This document shows, in pieces, positions 10,930 through 19,379 of a DNA stretch of 64,000 nucleotides. A program made the position numbers and the translations under genes. The DNA lies in the NCBI GenBank assembly GCA_019639055.1, contig JAHBSP010000001.1, positions 55,628 through 119,627 on the forward strand. The letters are read 5' to 3'. The stretch's first letter is position 1. Every line of letters starts with the position of its first letter. The DNA is from Microbacteriaceae bacterium. GTDB taxonomy: Bacteria; Actinomycetota; Actinomycetes; Actinomycetales; Microbacteriaceae. The notes beneath the pieces are model-generated. The model saw only the letters and a list, made by a program, of their open reading frames with translations. It was not told the origin of the DNA and ran no database searches.

Positions 10930-11766
10930 ATGATTAAGCGAATATCAAAATCTGAAAAACCTGCAAAAGATGCTGACACTAAAGCGCTCAAGAAAAAGGC
11001 CATAATCAAGCGCGATAAAAAAGCGCTAACCGAGATTCTCGATTCTGCAAAATTATCTCTCGCCGAGCAGAACACTCGCATCGAACTTTTGAGTGATTTG
11101 CAACTATCAATCCTTAGTCATGTCAAGCAACTTCAACGAGAAGCAGAGGCGGGTCGAGCTGTTGTCAAAGCAGATACTGAAGTTGTCGAGAGAAAACTTA
11201 TTGAGATAAACCGCCTGGCAAGTGAAACCGTTGCGGAAATTCGAAGAGCTATCGGTGTAATTGATCCAAATGCGAAAGATTCTGATTTAGATCTATCGGT
11301 TCAAGAGTTGCTAGATATGTACAGGGGACTGGGTTTAAACATTAAATTCGCAACCCAGGGGAGTCAGGCGCAAACATCAAGCGGGATGAGTCTTTCGCTC
11401 TTCAAAATGTTGAAAGAGGCCCTTGAAAACTCATTGCAGTTTGGTGGTCCTGGAACAAATGTGGATGCTGTTGTTACCTGGGGTGAACGCGGCGCCAGCT
11501 TGACAATGACTGATGACGGAATTCGTGCCGGTATGCGTGCAAAAGGGATGGATGAGACCAGTATCAACGAAGCTACGAAATATGATGCGCAAACTGATGC
11601 TGAGTCGCTTATCAATGAGAAAACCACTGAAGGCATCAAACTTTTGAAGAAACGAGTTGAACTATATGGCGGGACCCTTATTCTTCAGGAAGCACCTGGG
11701 CTCGGACTAAATCTCTCGATTAGCATTCCGGATTTGATGAATGGGCTAGTTCTACTCGATCACTAG
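10930..11766 (+). CDS. Soluble HisKA_3/HATPase_c-like protein (degenerate histidine kinase), Lys-rich N-terminus
   Basis: By-eye similarity to NarQ/DesK-type kinases: RIELLSDLQLSIL (H-box-like), KEALENSLQFG (N-box-like), LTMTDDGIR, and GIKLLKKRVELYGGTL..GLGLNLSISIP. No TM segment and no response regulator nearby. Confidence 0.5.
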   Translation: MIKRISKSEKPAKDADTKALKKKAIIKRDKKALTEILDSAKLSLAEQNTRIELLSDLQLSILSHVKQLQREAEAGRAVVKADTEVVERKLIEINRLASETVAEIRRAIGVIDPNAKDSDLDLSVQELLDMYRGLGLNIKFATQGSQAQTSSGMSLSLFKMLKEALENSLQFGGPGTNVDAVVTWGERGASLTMTDDGIRAGMRAKGMDETSINEATKYDAQTDAESLINEKTTEGIKLLKKRVELYGGTLILQEAPGLGLNLSISIPDLMNGLVLLDH

Positions 11767-11772
11767 TAGCTT

Positions 11773-12336
11773 CTAGCTTTCGTAACCGTCAATTCCTGGT
11801 GTCCAAGTTAGGCCAGGTTTGCCCCAACCGTTTTCTACACATGCCTTGGTTGCGCGTCGATGTTCTAGGAAGTTCAACCGATCAATGTAGAGAATCCCGT
11901 TGAGGTGATCGTATTCGTGCTGGAAAATGCGGGCAAGCCATCCTTCAGCCTCAATTCGGAAAGGTTTATTGTCAATATCCACTGCTTCTAAAATTGCCCG
12001 CTCCGCTCGGCGAAGTGGGTATCTAAGCGTGGGCGCAGATAAGCAACCTTCAGATTCAGTTGCTGGATCGGGGTCGCCTATTGGTGTTGGAGAAATATAA
12101 AGAACTGGGTTGATGGCAACGCCTCGCCAATGGGTTTTACCGTCCTCGAAATTGTAGGTGAATAAGCGCAGTGGGACACCAACCTGAGGACCGGCAAGTC
12201 CTACTCCTGGAGCCTTATCCATTGTCTCGTACATGTCCTCGACGAGTGTTCTTAAATCATCGTTGAAGTCAGTAATTGGTTTAGCTGGAGTGTGCAATAC
12301 CGGCTCTCCGGTAATGACAATTGGACGAATAGGCAT
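11773..12336 (-). CDS. def: Peptide deformylase
   Basis: Contains GVGLAGPQVG, EGCLS and HEYDHLNG. Confidence 0.95.
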   Translation of the reverse strand: MPIRPIVITGEPVLHTPAKPITDFNDDLRTLVEDMYETMDKAPGVGLAGPQVGVPLRLFTYNFEDGKTHWRGVAINPVLYISPTPIGDPDPATESEGCLSAPTLRYPLRRAERAILEAVDIDNKPFRIEAEGWLARIFQHEYDHLNGILYIDRLNFLEHRRATKACVENGWGKPGLTWTPGIDGYES

Positions 12337-12384
12337 ATAAATAATTCTAATCTGCTCAGAAGTGGGTTATTGTCGAATGTGCTT

Positions 12385-13305
12385 ATGAATGCGCTTTCCA
12401 TCCCAATTCAGCTCCCGCAGGGGCAGTGGGCTGGCATACCTTTCGCGATTCTTGGCGCAGTTGCGATGAGTTTAGGCGCACAATTTCAGCATCGCGGTGT
12501 CTCAAAAGTTGGCGGAGATACCGACACTTTAAACCTGGGTCAAGTCGGGGGACTCTTAAAGAGACCCAGTTGGTTACTAGGTACATTCTTGCTCGGGTTA
12601 GCAATCGTTATGCAACTGGTTAGCCTTGGTCTCTCGCCACTCATTGTTGTGCAACCTGTTGGCGCAATAGCGCTAGTTTTTACTACATTCTTAAATTGGA
12701 AAATGAATGGAACAAAACCCACTAAACAAACGCTAACGGCTGTGACGGCATGTTTGGTAGGGGTGTCAGGTTTCGTGCTAATAACTGCGTTTTATGCGGT
12801 AAATAACCCTATTACCGACGAGAAATTACTCGCTGTAGTGATAGTTCTGCTAGTAATTCTGATTGCAACAGGTATCGCCTATGTGCTTTATAGAGAGCGG
12901 ATGCGCGCATTCAGCTATGTAGTTGTTGCCGCGGTCCTTTACGGTTTCGTGGCAATTCTGGCCAAAGTGGTGCTTTCTCAAATATCTTTCGGATTGGTAA
13001 CTTGGCTTACCCTTACTGCTTTGGGCGGCCTAGTGATTGCACTATTGCTTGGTAGTTATTTTGTGCAACTTGCCTATGCATCAGGTCCTCCAGATTTAGT
13101 TATTGCTGGGCTTACGGTTATAGACCCGATTATTGCCGTGTTGATTGCAATCATAATTTTTCAGGAAGCGCTATCTATGCCTAGCTATGCTTCAGCACTT
13201 TTAGTAATTTTCGGAGCTATCGCGGTTATAGGAGTTTGGTTGTTATCTAAGACGCACCCCGAGGTCGCTCTTCGAAAATCGCGCGCACTAGATAACATTG
13301 AATAG
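12385..13305 (+). CDS. Polytopic membrane protein, DMT/EamA-like
   Basis: About 9-10 hydrophobic helices. ATG 12385 was chosen because the longer ORF (from 12292) would overlap def head-on. Confidence 0.55.
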   Translation: MNALSIPIQLPQGQWAGIPFAILGAVAMSLGAQFQHRGVSKVGGDTDTLNLGQVGGLLKRPSWLLGTFLLGLAIVMQLVSLGLSPLIVVQPVGAIALVFTTFLNWKMNGTKPTKQTLTAVTACLVGVSGFVLITAFYAVNNPITDEKLLAVVIVLLVILIATGIAYVLYRERMRAFSYVVVAAVLYGFVAILAKVVLSQISFGLVTWLTLTALGGLVIALLLGSYFVQLAYASGPPDLVIAGLTVIDPIIAVLIAIIIFQEALSMPSYASALLVIFGAIAVIGVWLLSKTHPEVALRKSRALDNIE

Positions 13306-14489
13306 TGCCTAAAGCAGATAAAAAACCTCTAAAGGTCCTTATTGCCGCTGACACGTTTGGCCCCGATATCAACGGCGCCGCAATTTTTACTGAACGTTTA
13401 GCTGCTGGACTAATTTTGCGCGGTCATGAAGTGCACATTGTTGCACCTAGCCCGGATCGCGGTAAGGGTGTTCGTAGGGAAACCTTTGCTGGCGTCGAGA
13501 TGACTGTACACAGATTGAAGAGCTATCGTTGGTATCCTCACGAGTGGCTTCGTTTCACTTGGCCTTGGACTATCCGCTCAAAATCTCGCAGAATTTTAGA
13601 TCTTGTTAAACCGGATGTAGTGCATTTCCAGTCGCACATAATCATTGGTCGCGGAATGGCGATTGAAGCACAGAAGCGTGGTATCAGGATTATTGGCACA
13701 AATCACACGATGCCTGAGAACCTTATCGAACACACCATGCTTCCAAAGTTCATTCAGCCCTGGTTTATTAAAATGGCGTGGAATGCTGCAGCGAAGACTT
13801 TTGCTAGAGCGTCAGCGATAACTACTCCCACTTTGAAAGCGGCTGAATATTTTGAAAAAGCACTAGGAATTACCGGGGTATACCCAATTTCCTGCGGTTT
13901 AGACATCAGTGGTTACAAACCTGATTGGTCCGACAAGGACCCCAGAACACTGCTTTTTGTCGGCAGACTAAATGCTGAGAAACGAATTGATGTTCTTATA
14001 AAAGCATTTGCTGAGGTGGCTCAAAAACACAATGTCAAACTAAAAATTGTTGGTGAAGGTGATCAGCGTAAACACCTCACTGAACTTACTAAAAAATTAG
14101 GTGTTCAGGAAAGAGTTGAATTTACCGGATACCGCGAAGATGCCGACATAATCAAAGATTACAGCGAGGCTTTTGCTTTCGTGATGCCGAGCACAGCAGA
14201 ATTGCAATCTATTGCCACCATGGAAGCTATGGCCAGTGCACTGCCGGTAATCGCTGCAAATGCTATGGCACTTCCACACCTGGTGCACGATGACCAAAAT
14301 GGTTATCTTTTTGCTCCGGATAACGTGGAGGATCTAACCGAGAAAATGAATAAACTTATAGAGCTTCCTGATAAGAAGCTCAGGGATTTGCGTGAAGAGA
14401 GCCTTAAGATTGTTAAGGGACACGACATAAAAACGACTTTAGATACTTTCGAAAAGTTGTATCGTGGAGAGGTTCCAGAAACAAAATAG
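13305..14489 (+). CDS. Glycosyltransferase family 4 (GT-B)
   Basis: N-terminal KVLIAADTFGPDINGAA, and the C-terminal EX7E region FVMPSTAELQSIATMEAMASALPVIA. GTG start overlaps the upstream stop (TAGTG). Confidence 0.8.
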   Translation: MPKADKKPLKVLIAADTFGPDINGAAIFTERLAAGLILRGHEVHIVAPSPDRGKGVRRETFAGVEMTVHRLKSYRWYPHEWLRFTWPWTIRSKSRRILDLVKPDVVHFQSHIIIGRGMAIEAQKRGIRIIGTNHTMPENLIEHTMLPKFIQPWFIKMAWNAAAKTFARASAITTPTLKAAEYFEKALGITGVYPISCGLDISGYKPDWSDKDPRTLLFVGRLNAEKRIDVLIKAFAEVAQKHNVKLKIVGEGDQRKHLTELTKKLGVQERVEFTGYREDADIIKDYSEAFAFVMPSTAELQSIATMEAMASALPVIAANAMALPHLVHDDQNGYLFAPDNVEDLTEKMNKLIELPDKKLRDLREESLKIVKGHDIKTTLDTFEKLYRGEVPETK

Positions 14490-14495
14490 AACAAC

Positions 14496-14569
14496 GGGGC
14501 CTTAGCTCAGCTGGTCAGAGCAGCGGACTCATAATCCGTTGGTCGCGGGTTCAAGCCCCGCAGGCCCCA
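14496..14569 (+). tRNA. tRNA with CAT anticodon (elongator Met, or Ile2 if lysidinylated), CCA not encoded
   Basis: Cloverleaf folded by hand. Acceptor GGGGCCT/AGGCCCC with a paired 1:72, so it is not an initiator. Anticodon loop CTCATAA, 74 nt. Confidence 0.85.
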
Positions 14570-14612
14570 CGAATGTCAAAAATGCTTACATTTTTGGTAC
14601 TGAGATTAGGAG

Positions 14613-15683
14613 GTGGGAGCTACGGCTATCAAACTCCTTCAACTCAGTGATCGCGATATCGATGCACAGTTGCAAACTGCAAAAGAGTGGGACTCCAAGG
14701 TTCTTTCTTGTCAAGACAAGCCTCACTTTACTCAGAGCTACGGGTGGGGATTATTTAGGGGCTGTTCTCCTTGGCGTCCGGAACGTCACTCAATTCAGGT
14801 CGGAGATTCTCCGTATCACTTCCAAACTCTGAGTCGGACCGCCCCTTTTATCGGTGAATTGATTCTGGCTCCTAGACTTAGCGGGGTAAATGCCGAAGTT
14901 GCCGAAGCTCTAACCTCCTGGGGTAAAACAAAGAAATCGATAAAACGCACCGCACTTAAAGTTGATTTTAACCAACCCAACACTCCAATGCTTACCGCCC
15001 CTTTTGCATCGCGTGGATGGAAACGAGGACGAACAGTTCACTACATGTACGGTGTGAGCGTAAATATTCCTCGAACTGAGGATGAACTACTTGCTTCCTA
15101 TAAAAAACGTGCCCGTTACGAGGTAAAGCAGGGACAAAAGGCTGGAGTTTCAATCCGGCGGGCAGATTACAGCGAATCTGATGCTGCGCTGCTGATTTCC
15201 ATGATGAACCTAACTCAAAAACGCACCGGAGCATACTTCCATAATGAAGAATATTTGAACCTTGAGTGGCGCATCCTGAATCGATTGGGTTACGGAGATT
15301 TTTGGTTCGCCGAATATGAGGGAGAGACACTAGCGGGTGCTTTCGTACTTCGATTCGGCAATAGAGCCTGGTATCGAGAAGGCGGTTCAACTAGAACTCA
15401 ACCGAAGATTTTCGCGGCTAGATATTTACAACATGCAATAATGACCGACCTTGTGGAGACAGGGCATATCAATTACGATCTCGGGAACATTCCTAGACCG
15501 TGGCGTAAAGATAAGGATCCTTCTTCTAATCTTTGGGCGTTTAAAACCGGCTTCAGTGAGGAGTTCGATTTTTATGCTTTCCCCGTAGAGCTTCCGCTTG
15601 GGCCTGCATATAAATGGTGGCATCTTCAAGAAGAGAACTGGTTGCGCATGAATAATCTCCTGCATAAGGAGGCTTGGTACTAG
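14613..15683 (+). CDS. FemAB-family (aminoacyl-tRNA-dependent peptidoglycan bridge-type) transferase
   Basis: GNAT-like Fem pattern: KKRARYEVKQGQKAGV, GAFVLRFGNRAWYREGGS and ARYLQHAIMTDLVETGHINYDLGNI. The start is uncertain because GTG 14613 overlaps the AGGAGG. Confidence 0.7.
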   Translation: MGATAIKLLQLSDRDIDAQLQTAKEWDSKVLSCQDKPHFTQSYGWGLFRGCSPWRPERHSIQVGDSPYHFQTLSRTAPFIGELILAPRLSGVNAEVAEALTSWGKTKKSIKRTALKVDFNQPNTPMLTAPFASRGWKRGRTVHYMYGVSVNIPRTEDELLASYKKRARYEVKQGQKAGVSIRRADYSESDAALLISMMNLTQKRTGAYFHNEEYLNLEWRILNRLGYGDFWFAEYEGETLAGAFVLRFGNRAWYREGGSTRTQPKIFAARYLQHAIMTDLVETGHINYDLGNIPRPWRKDKDPSSNLWAFKTGFSEEFDFYAFPVELPLGPAYKWWHLQEENWLRMNNLLHKEAWY

Positions 15684-17035
15684 TGAAGGGTATTTTTACT
15701 TCTCTCGGTGTCCTCAACTACCGGATTTGGTTTTTTGGTGCTCTAGTATCAAATGTCGGTACCTGGATGCAGGCAACAGCTCAAGACTGGGTAGTACTTG
15801 CAGAATTGACAGATAACAATGCTGGCGCAGTCGGTGTGACGATGGCGTTGCAGTTCGTTCCACAGCTAGTGCTTTTCCCGCTTACAGGAGCAATTGCGGA
15901 CCGTTTTGACCGTAGAAAAGTATTGTTGGTCACCCAAGCAACACTCGCCGCCCTTGGCATGACACTAGGGTTGCTACTGCTTGGCGGTCATGCACAGCTT
16001 TGGCATGTTTACATCATGGCTTTCTTGCTAGGTGTAACTAACGCTTTTGATGTGCCTGCAAGACAGGTATTTGTTACTGACTTGGTGAAGTCCAAGATGG
16101 TTGCAAACGCTATTGCTTTAAACTCAGCTTCCTTCAACTCGGCAAGATTGATTGGCCCAGCGTTGGCAGGTCTACTAATCGTCATTTTTGGTTCCGGTTG
16201 GGTTTTCATAATCAATGGTGCGTCTTTCTTCATGGTGATTGGTAGCTTGCTGCTTCTTCGCGTAAACGAGTTGGTGCCTCGCAAAGAGATAAATCGCAAA
16301 GACATGCCGTTTTCTGCTGGATTCAAATATCTAGCAACCAGGCCGGACCTAATCGTAGTATTTGCAATTATTTTTATCGTTAGTGCTTTTGGATTGAATT
16401 TCCCTATCTATGCATCGACGATGGCGGTTGAATTTGGGAAGGGTGCAGGAGAATATGGAGTACTTTCTTCTATTCTCGCAATCGGGTCGCTAGCTGCATC
16501 ATTGATGGCTGCGCGAGCAAAGCGTGCGAAAATGCGCATGATTATGATCTCAGCGGGTCTATTTGGCGCAGCGACAGGTATAGCGTCACTAATGCCGACT
16601 TACGAAACATTTGCGGTTTCGCTAATTTTCGTTGGTTTCTCTTCTGTAATGATGCTTGTGACTGCCAACGGAATGGTGCAGTCCACAACTCACGCTCAAT
16701 ATCGCGGAAGAATTATGGCAATGTATACCGCCGTACTGATGGGCGCTACTCCGTTCGGCGCTCCGGTTATTGGTTGGGTAGCTGACGTGCTTACTCCGAG
16801 GTGGGCGCTTTATCTTGCGGCTCTCGCTGGCTTAATTGGTTTCTTAGTCGGAGTTACTTGGTTAGTAATAGCTAGAGGGCTCAGACTTAAGTACGAGCGC
16901 ACTCCGAAACGCAGACTGCGCCTAGTGCATCCAGGAATCATTAACGATGACGAAAAATTCCTACTAACCGCTCCACTTCCGATTATCACTATGACAATGC
17001 CGATACAGGAAATTGATGATGAATCAGAAGATTGA
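15683..17035 (+). CDS. MFS transporter (MFS_3 / EntS-like)
   Basis: 12 predicted TM helices and an N-terminal NYRIWFFGALVSNVGTWMQ. GTG 15683 lies 10 nt after AAGGAGG and overlaps the Fem stop (TAGTG). The ORF track starts at TTG 15674. Confidence 0.85.
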   Translation: MKGIFTSLGVLNYRIWFFGALVSNVGTWMQATAQDWVVLAELTDNNAGAVGVTMALQFVPQLVLFPLTGAIADRFDRRKVLLVTQATLAALGMTLGLLLLGGHAQLWHVYIMAFLLGVTNAFDVPARQVFVTDLVKSKMVANAIALNSASFNSARLIGPALAGLLIVIFGSGWVFIINGASFFMVIGSLLLLRVNELVPRKEINRKDMPFSAGFKYLATRPDLIVVFAIIFIVSAFGLNFPIYASTMAVEFGKGAGEYGVLSSILAIGSLAASLMAARAKRAKMRMIMISAGLFGAATGIASLMPTYETFAVSLIFVGFSSVMMLVTANGMVQSTTHAQYRGRIMAMYTAVLMGATPFGAPVIGWVADVLTPRWALYLAALAGLIGFLVGVTWLVIARGLRLKYERTPKRRLRLVHPGIINDDEKFLLTAPLPIITMTMPIQEIDDESED

Positions 17036-17606
17036 TCGTTGGCGAGAGCGACGCAAACAAATGATTCTCGATCGTAGCGGACAATTTGAGGTTTTAAGCG
17101 ATTCTTATTTGGATAGGTTTGCAGGCATTGCGGCATACCCCTACAATCCAGATTTCAAAGTTCAAGCAACTATCTCAACAACCGCAGGCGATACAGCCGA
17201 ATTGACGCGAGTGAAGTCACTAGGAATACCGCAAGTCTATGAGGACGTGGCCAGAATAAGTTTTGAGCTTGAAGGAAAAACTTATAACTCGGTTCTGCTC
17301 TCAGAGGGTTCTGGTTATCTACTTACTTTCAGCGATTTAACTGTTGACCAGGAAAATATCCCTAAAAACTACAGTCCTAGATTTCTTTATATTCCAATGC
17401 TTGGTTCTGCGACAGAAATTTTTATTGACTTTAACTTGGCATATCTTCCGCCATGCGCTTTTTCAGACAGATTTAACTGCCCATTACCACCGTCCAGTAA
17501 TCGATATTTAACTGCAATTTCGGCGGGAGAGCGGACCGTGCTTTACACAGAATCTACATCTCAGGCAGAACGGTTACCTGACAGCTCGCTAACTAGCTGT
17601 TCATAG
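17016..17606 (+). CDS. DUF1684 domain protein
   Basis: C-terminal FNLAYLPPCAFSDRFNCPLPPSSNRYLTAISAGER matches the DUF1684 signature as I recall it. Overlaps the MFS 3' end. Confidence 0.7.
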   Translation: MMNQKIDRWRERRKQMILDRSGQFEVLSDSYLDRFAGIAAYPYNPDFKVQATISTTAGDTAELTRVKSLGIPQVYEDVARISFELEGKTYNSVLLSEGSGYLLTFSDLTVDQENIPKNYSPRFLYIPMLGSATEIFIDFNLAYLPPCAFSDRFNCPLPPSSNRYLTAISAGERTVLYTESTSQAERLPDSSLTSCS

Positions 17607-18733
17607 CCTTTTACAAAAGTTTCCGGACTAAAATCGGCAGATTTTGTAGTTGCTGCCAGGGATAGCTTTTCGAGTTGTGCATCTTTGAGTAGACTCACTA
17701 TTCCATCTGCCATCGACTGTATGTCCGGTTCTGTCGGAAAGCCAGCATCTTCAATAATTGGTGTGAGTTTCGGATCGACATAAAAAACACCTCGATGCCT
17801 TGAGATTGCCTCAATGATCGTCATCGGTTGATTATCAAAACCGTAGCTAACCACAGCAACACAGTGTGAGTTATCTATTTCTTGCTGCACCAGGTCTGAA
17901 TTGAGTCTTCCGGTAAAGGTGATATTTGCATCCTTAGCCAAAATTTTCGCTTGTTCCAAGAGTGGGCCATCACCAATTATTTTCAATTCGAAATCAATTT
18001 TCTTCTGTGCCAATACGGAAGCTTTTATAAATTCGAGTGGCCTTTTCTCTGGAACTAACCTGCCAATCAGGGCAATTCTGGGCAAAGTCTTTGGAAGTGG
18101 CTTAGCAGGCTCGCTATTAGGTTTTGTAAAGGGGTTGGTGAGAACGATTGCTTTACTAGATACACCCGCCGCTTGCATGTCAGATAATTGATGAGCACTG
18201 GGGGAGATTACCGCGTCGACACTATTAGCAGTATTGAGGGTTAGATCCTGTAAAACCTTTTCGATATCGCTACCTGAGATCGTCATTTTTACAAGCGAGT
18301 TGCCAGTAACTTTTCGAAGCAGTGCGCGCATTACTGTGGCGACAGGCTTTTGAAGTTTACCAGGAGCCTGCCAGTAGATTGTGTGAACTGTGTGTAAAAC
18401 AGGAAGACCCATCTCATTGGCGACTCCTATTGCTGCGTTTGCTAAACCGAATTCAGTTTGAATATGCACCACTTCGATTTTGTTTGTTTCAAAAAACTCT
18501 TTTAAATTCGAACGAATTTTCTTCCCATTTTTGAACACGGGTAATTCAAGGGATTTCAGTCGGAAACTGGGTCTGTTAAGCCATTCTGGAACTGCGGTGT
18601 TTGGTGGTTTCAGTGGAGCTAGTAAAAACACCTGGTGGCCTGCATCAGTTAAGGCATTTTTTTGCGCAATCATGGATACTTGGGCACCGCCCAAATAGTC
18701 GAGATAGTAGTCGGAAATAATTGCTATGCGCAC
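17561..18733 (-). CDS. Glycosyltransferase family 4 (GT-B)
   Basis: MRIAIISDYYLDYLGGAQVS at the N-terminus and a GT-B C-terminal domain. Its 3' end overlaps the convergent DUF1684 gene by 46 nt. Confidence 0.8.
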   Translation of the reverse strand: MRIAIISDYYLDYLGGAQVSMIAQKNALTDAGHQVFLLAPLKPPNTAVPEWLNRPSFRLKSLELPVFKNGKKIRSNLKEFFETNKIEVVHIQTEFGLANAAIGVANEMGLPVLHTVHTIYWQAPGKLQKPVATVMRALLRKVTGNSLVKMTISGSDIEKVLQDLTLNTANSVDAVISPSAHQLSDMQAAGVSSKAIVLTNPFTKPNSEPAKPLPKTLPRIALIGRLVPEKRPLEFIKASVLAQKKIDFELKIIGDGPLLEQAKILAKDANITFTGRLNSDLVQQEIDNSHCVAVVSYGFDNQPMTIIEAISRHRGVFYVDPKLTPIIEDAGFPTEPDIQSMADGIVSLLKDAQLEKLSLAATTKSADFSPETFVKGYEQLVSELSGNRSA

Positions 18734-18813
18734 ATCTCAAGGGTATTATGAACTCAAGCAACTAAATAACCTCAGTAATTCGTTGGGGAAGACGAATAAC
18801 GTTGGAGGTAAAA

Positions 18814-19314
18814 ATGGTTGCAATATCAAGAGGTGCAGTTTTAATTCATTCAGCACCCGATGCTTTGCGTCCACACGTCGAATGGGCGATAGGAAGCACT
18901 CTCGGCTGGCCGGTCACCATAGATTGGCAGACTCAGCCTGTGCTTGCTGGTTCATGGCGTGGTGAAATTAGCTGGAGTGGCCCATCGGGGATGGGGGCCG
19001 CTATCGCTAGTGCATTGAGAGGCTGGGAACATTTACGGTTTGAAGTGACCGAAGATGCTACAGCCGAATTTGACGGGGGAAGGTGGATGCACACACCCGA
19101 TCTGGGAATTTTCTACGCACAAGCCGATACAGCGGGAAATATTGTGGTTCCTGAAAACAGAATTCTAGCCGCAATCGAAAGCGCAGGTGCCAACACTGTG
19201 GAGCTTCACCGTGAGCTAAACCTTGCACTTGGTAGAGCCTGGGATGCCGAATTAGAGCCTTTCCGAAGTTGCCAAGACCTAAACCCTGTCGTTTGGTTAC
19301 ACCGAGTTGGCTAA
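18814..19314 (+). CDS. DUF3145 family protein (conserved actinobacterial)
   Basis: GAVLIHSAPDALRPHVEWAIG..W..QP. ATG 18814 lies 6 nt after GGAGG. Confidence 0.75.
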   Translation: MVAISRGAVLIHSAPDALRPHVEWAIGSTLGWPVTIDWQTQPVLAGSWRGEISWSGPSGMGAAIASALRGWEHLRFEVTEDATAEFDGGRWMHTPDLGIFYAQADTAGNIVVPENRILAAIESAGANTVELHRELNLALGRAWDAELEPFRSCQDLNPVVWLHRVG

Positions 19315-19328
19315 CGATATTCATTCAT

Positions 19329-19367
19329 AAAAATGTGCCACACCTGAATTGGTGTGGCACATTTTTT
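19329..19367. terminator. Bidirectional intrinsic terminator
   Basis: Perfect 15-bp stem AAAATGTGCCACACC / GGTGTGGCACATTTT with a 6-nt loop and A/T runs on both sides. Lies between the convergent DUF3145 and fabF genes. Confidence 0.85.
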
Positions 19368-19379
19368 AGTTTTTACAGG

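Noticed and set aside
14539-14832. A 97-aa ORF starts inside tRNA-Met and overlaps the Fem-like gene.
   Set aside because: It overlaps a tRNA and lies in an alternative frame of a motif-bearing CDS, with no SD. I judge it spurious.
10810-18733. Genomic islands might have integrated at tRNA-Asn or tRNA-Met (and at tRNA-Val, 27244).
   Set aside because: I could find no integrase or recombinase, no direct repeat of the tRNA 3' ends downstream, and no IS or phage genes. The flanking genes are conserved housekeeping or envelope genes.
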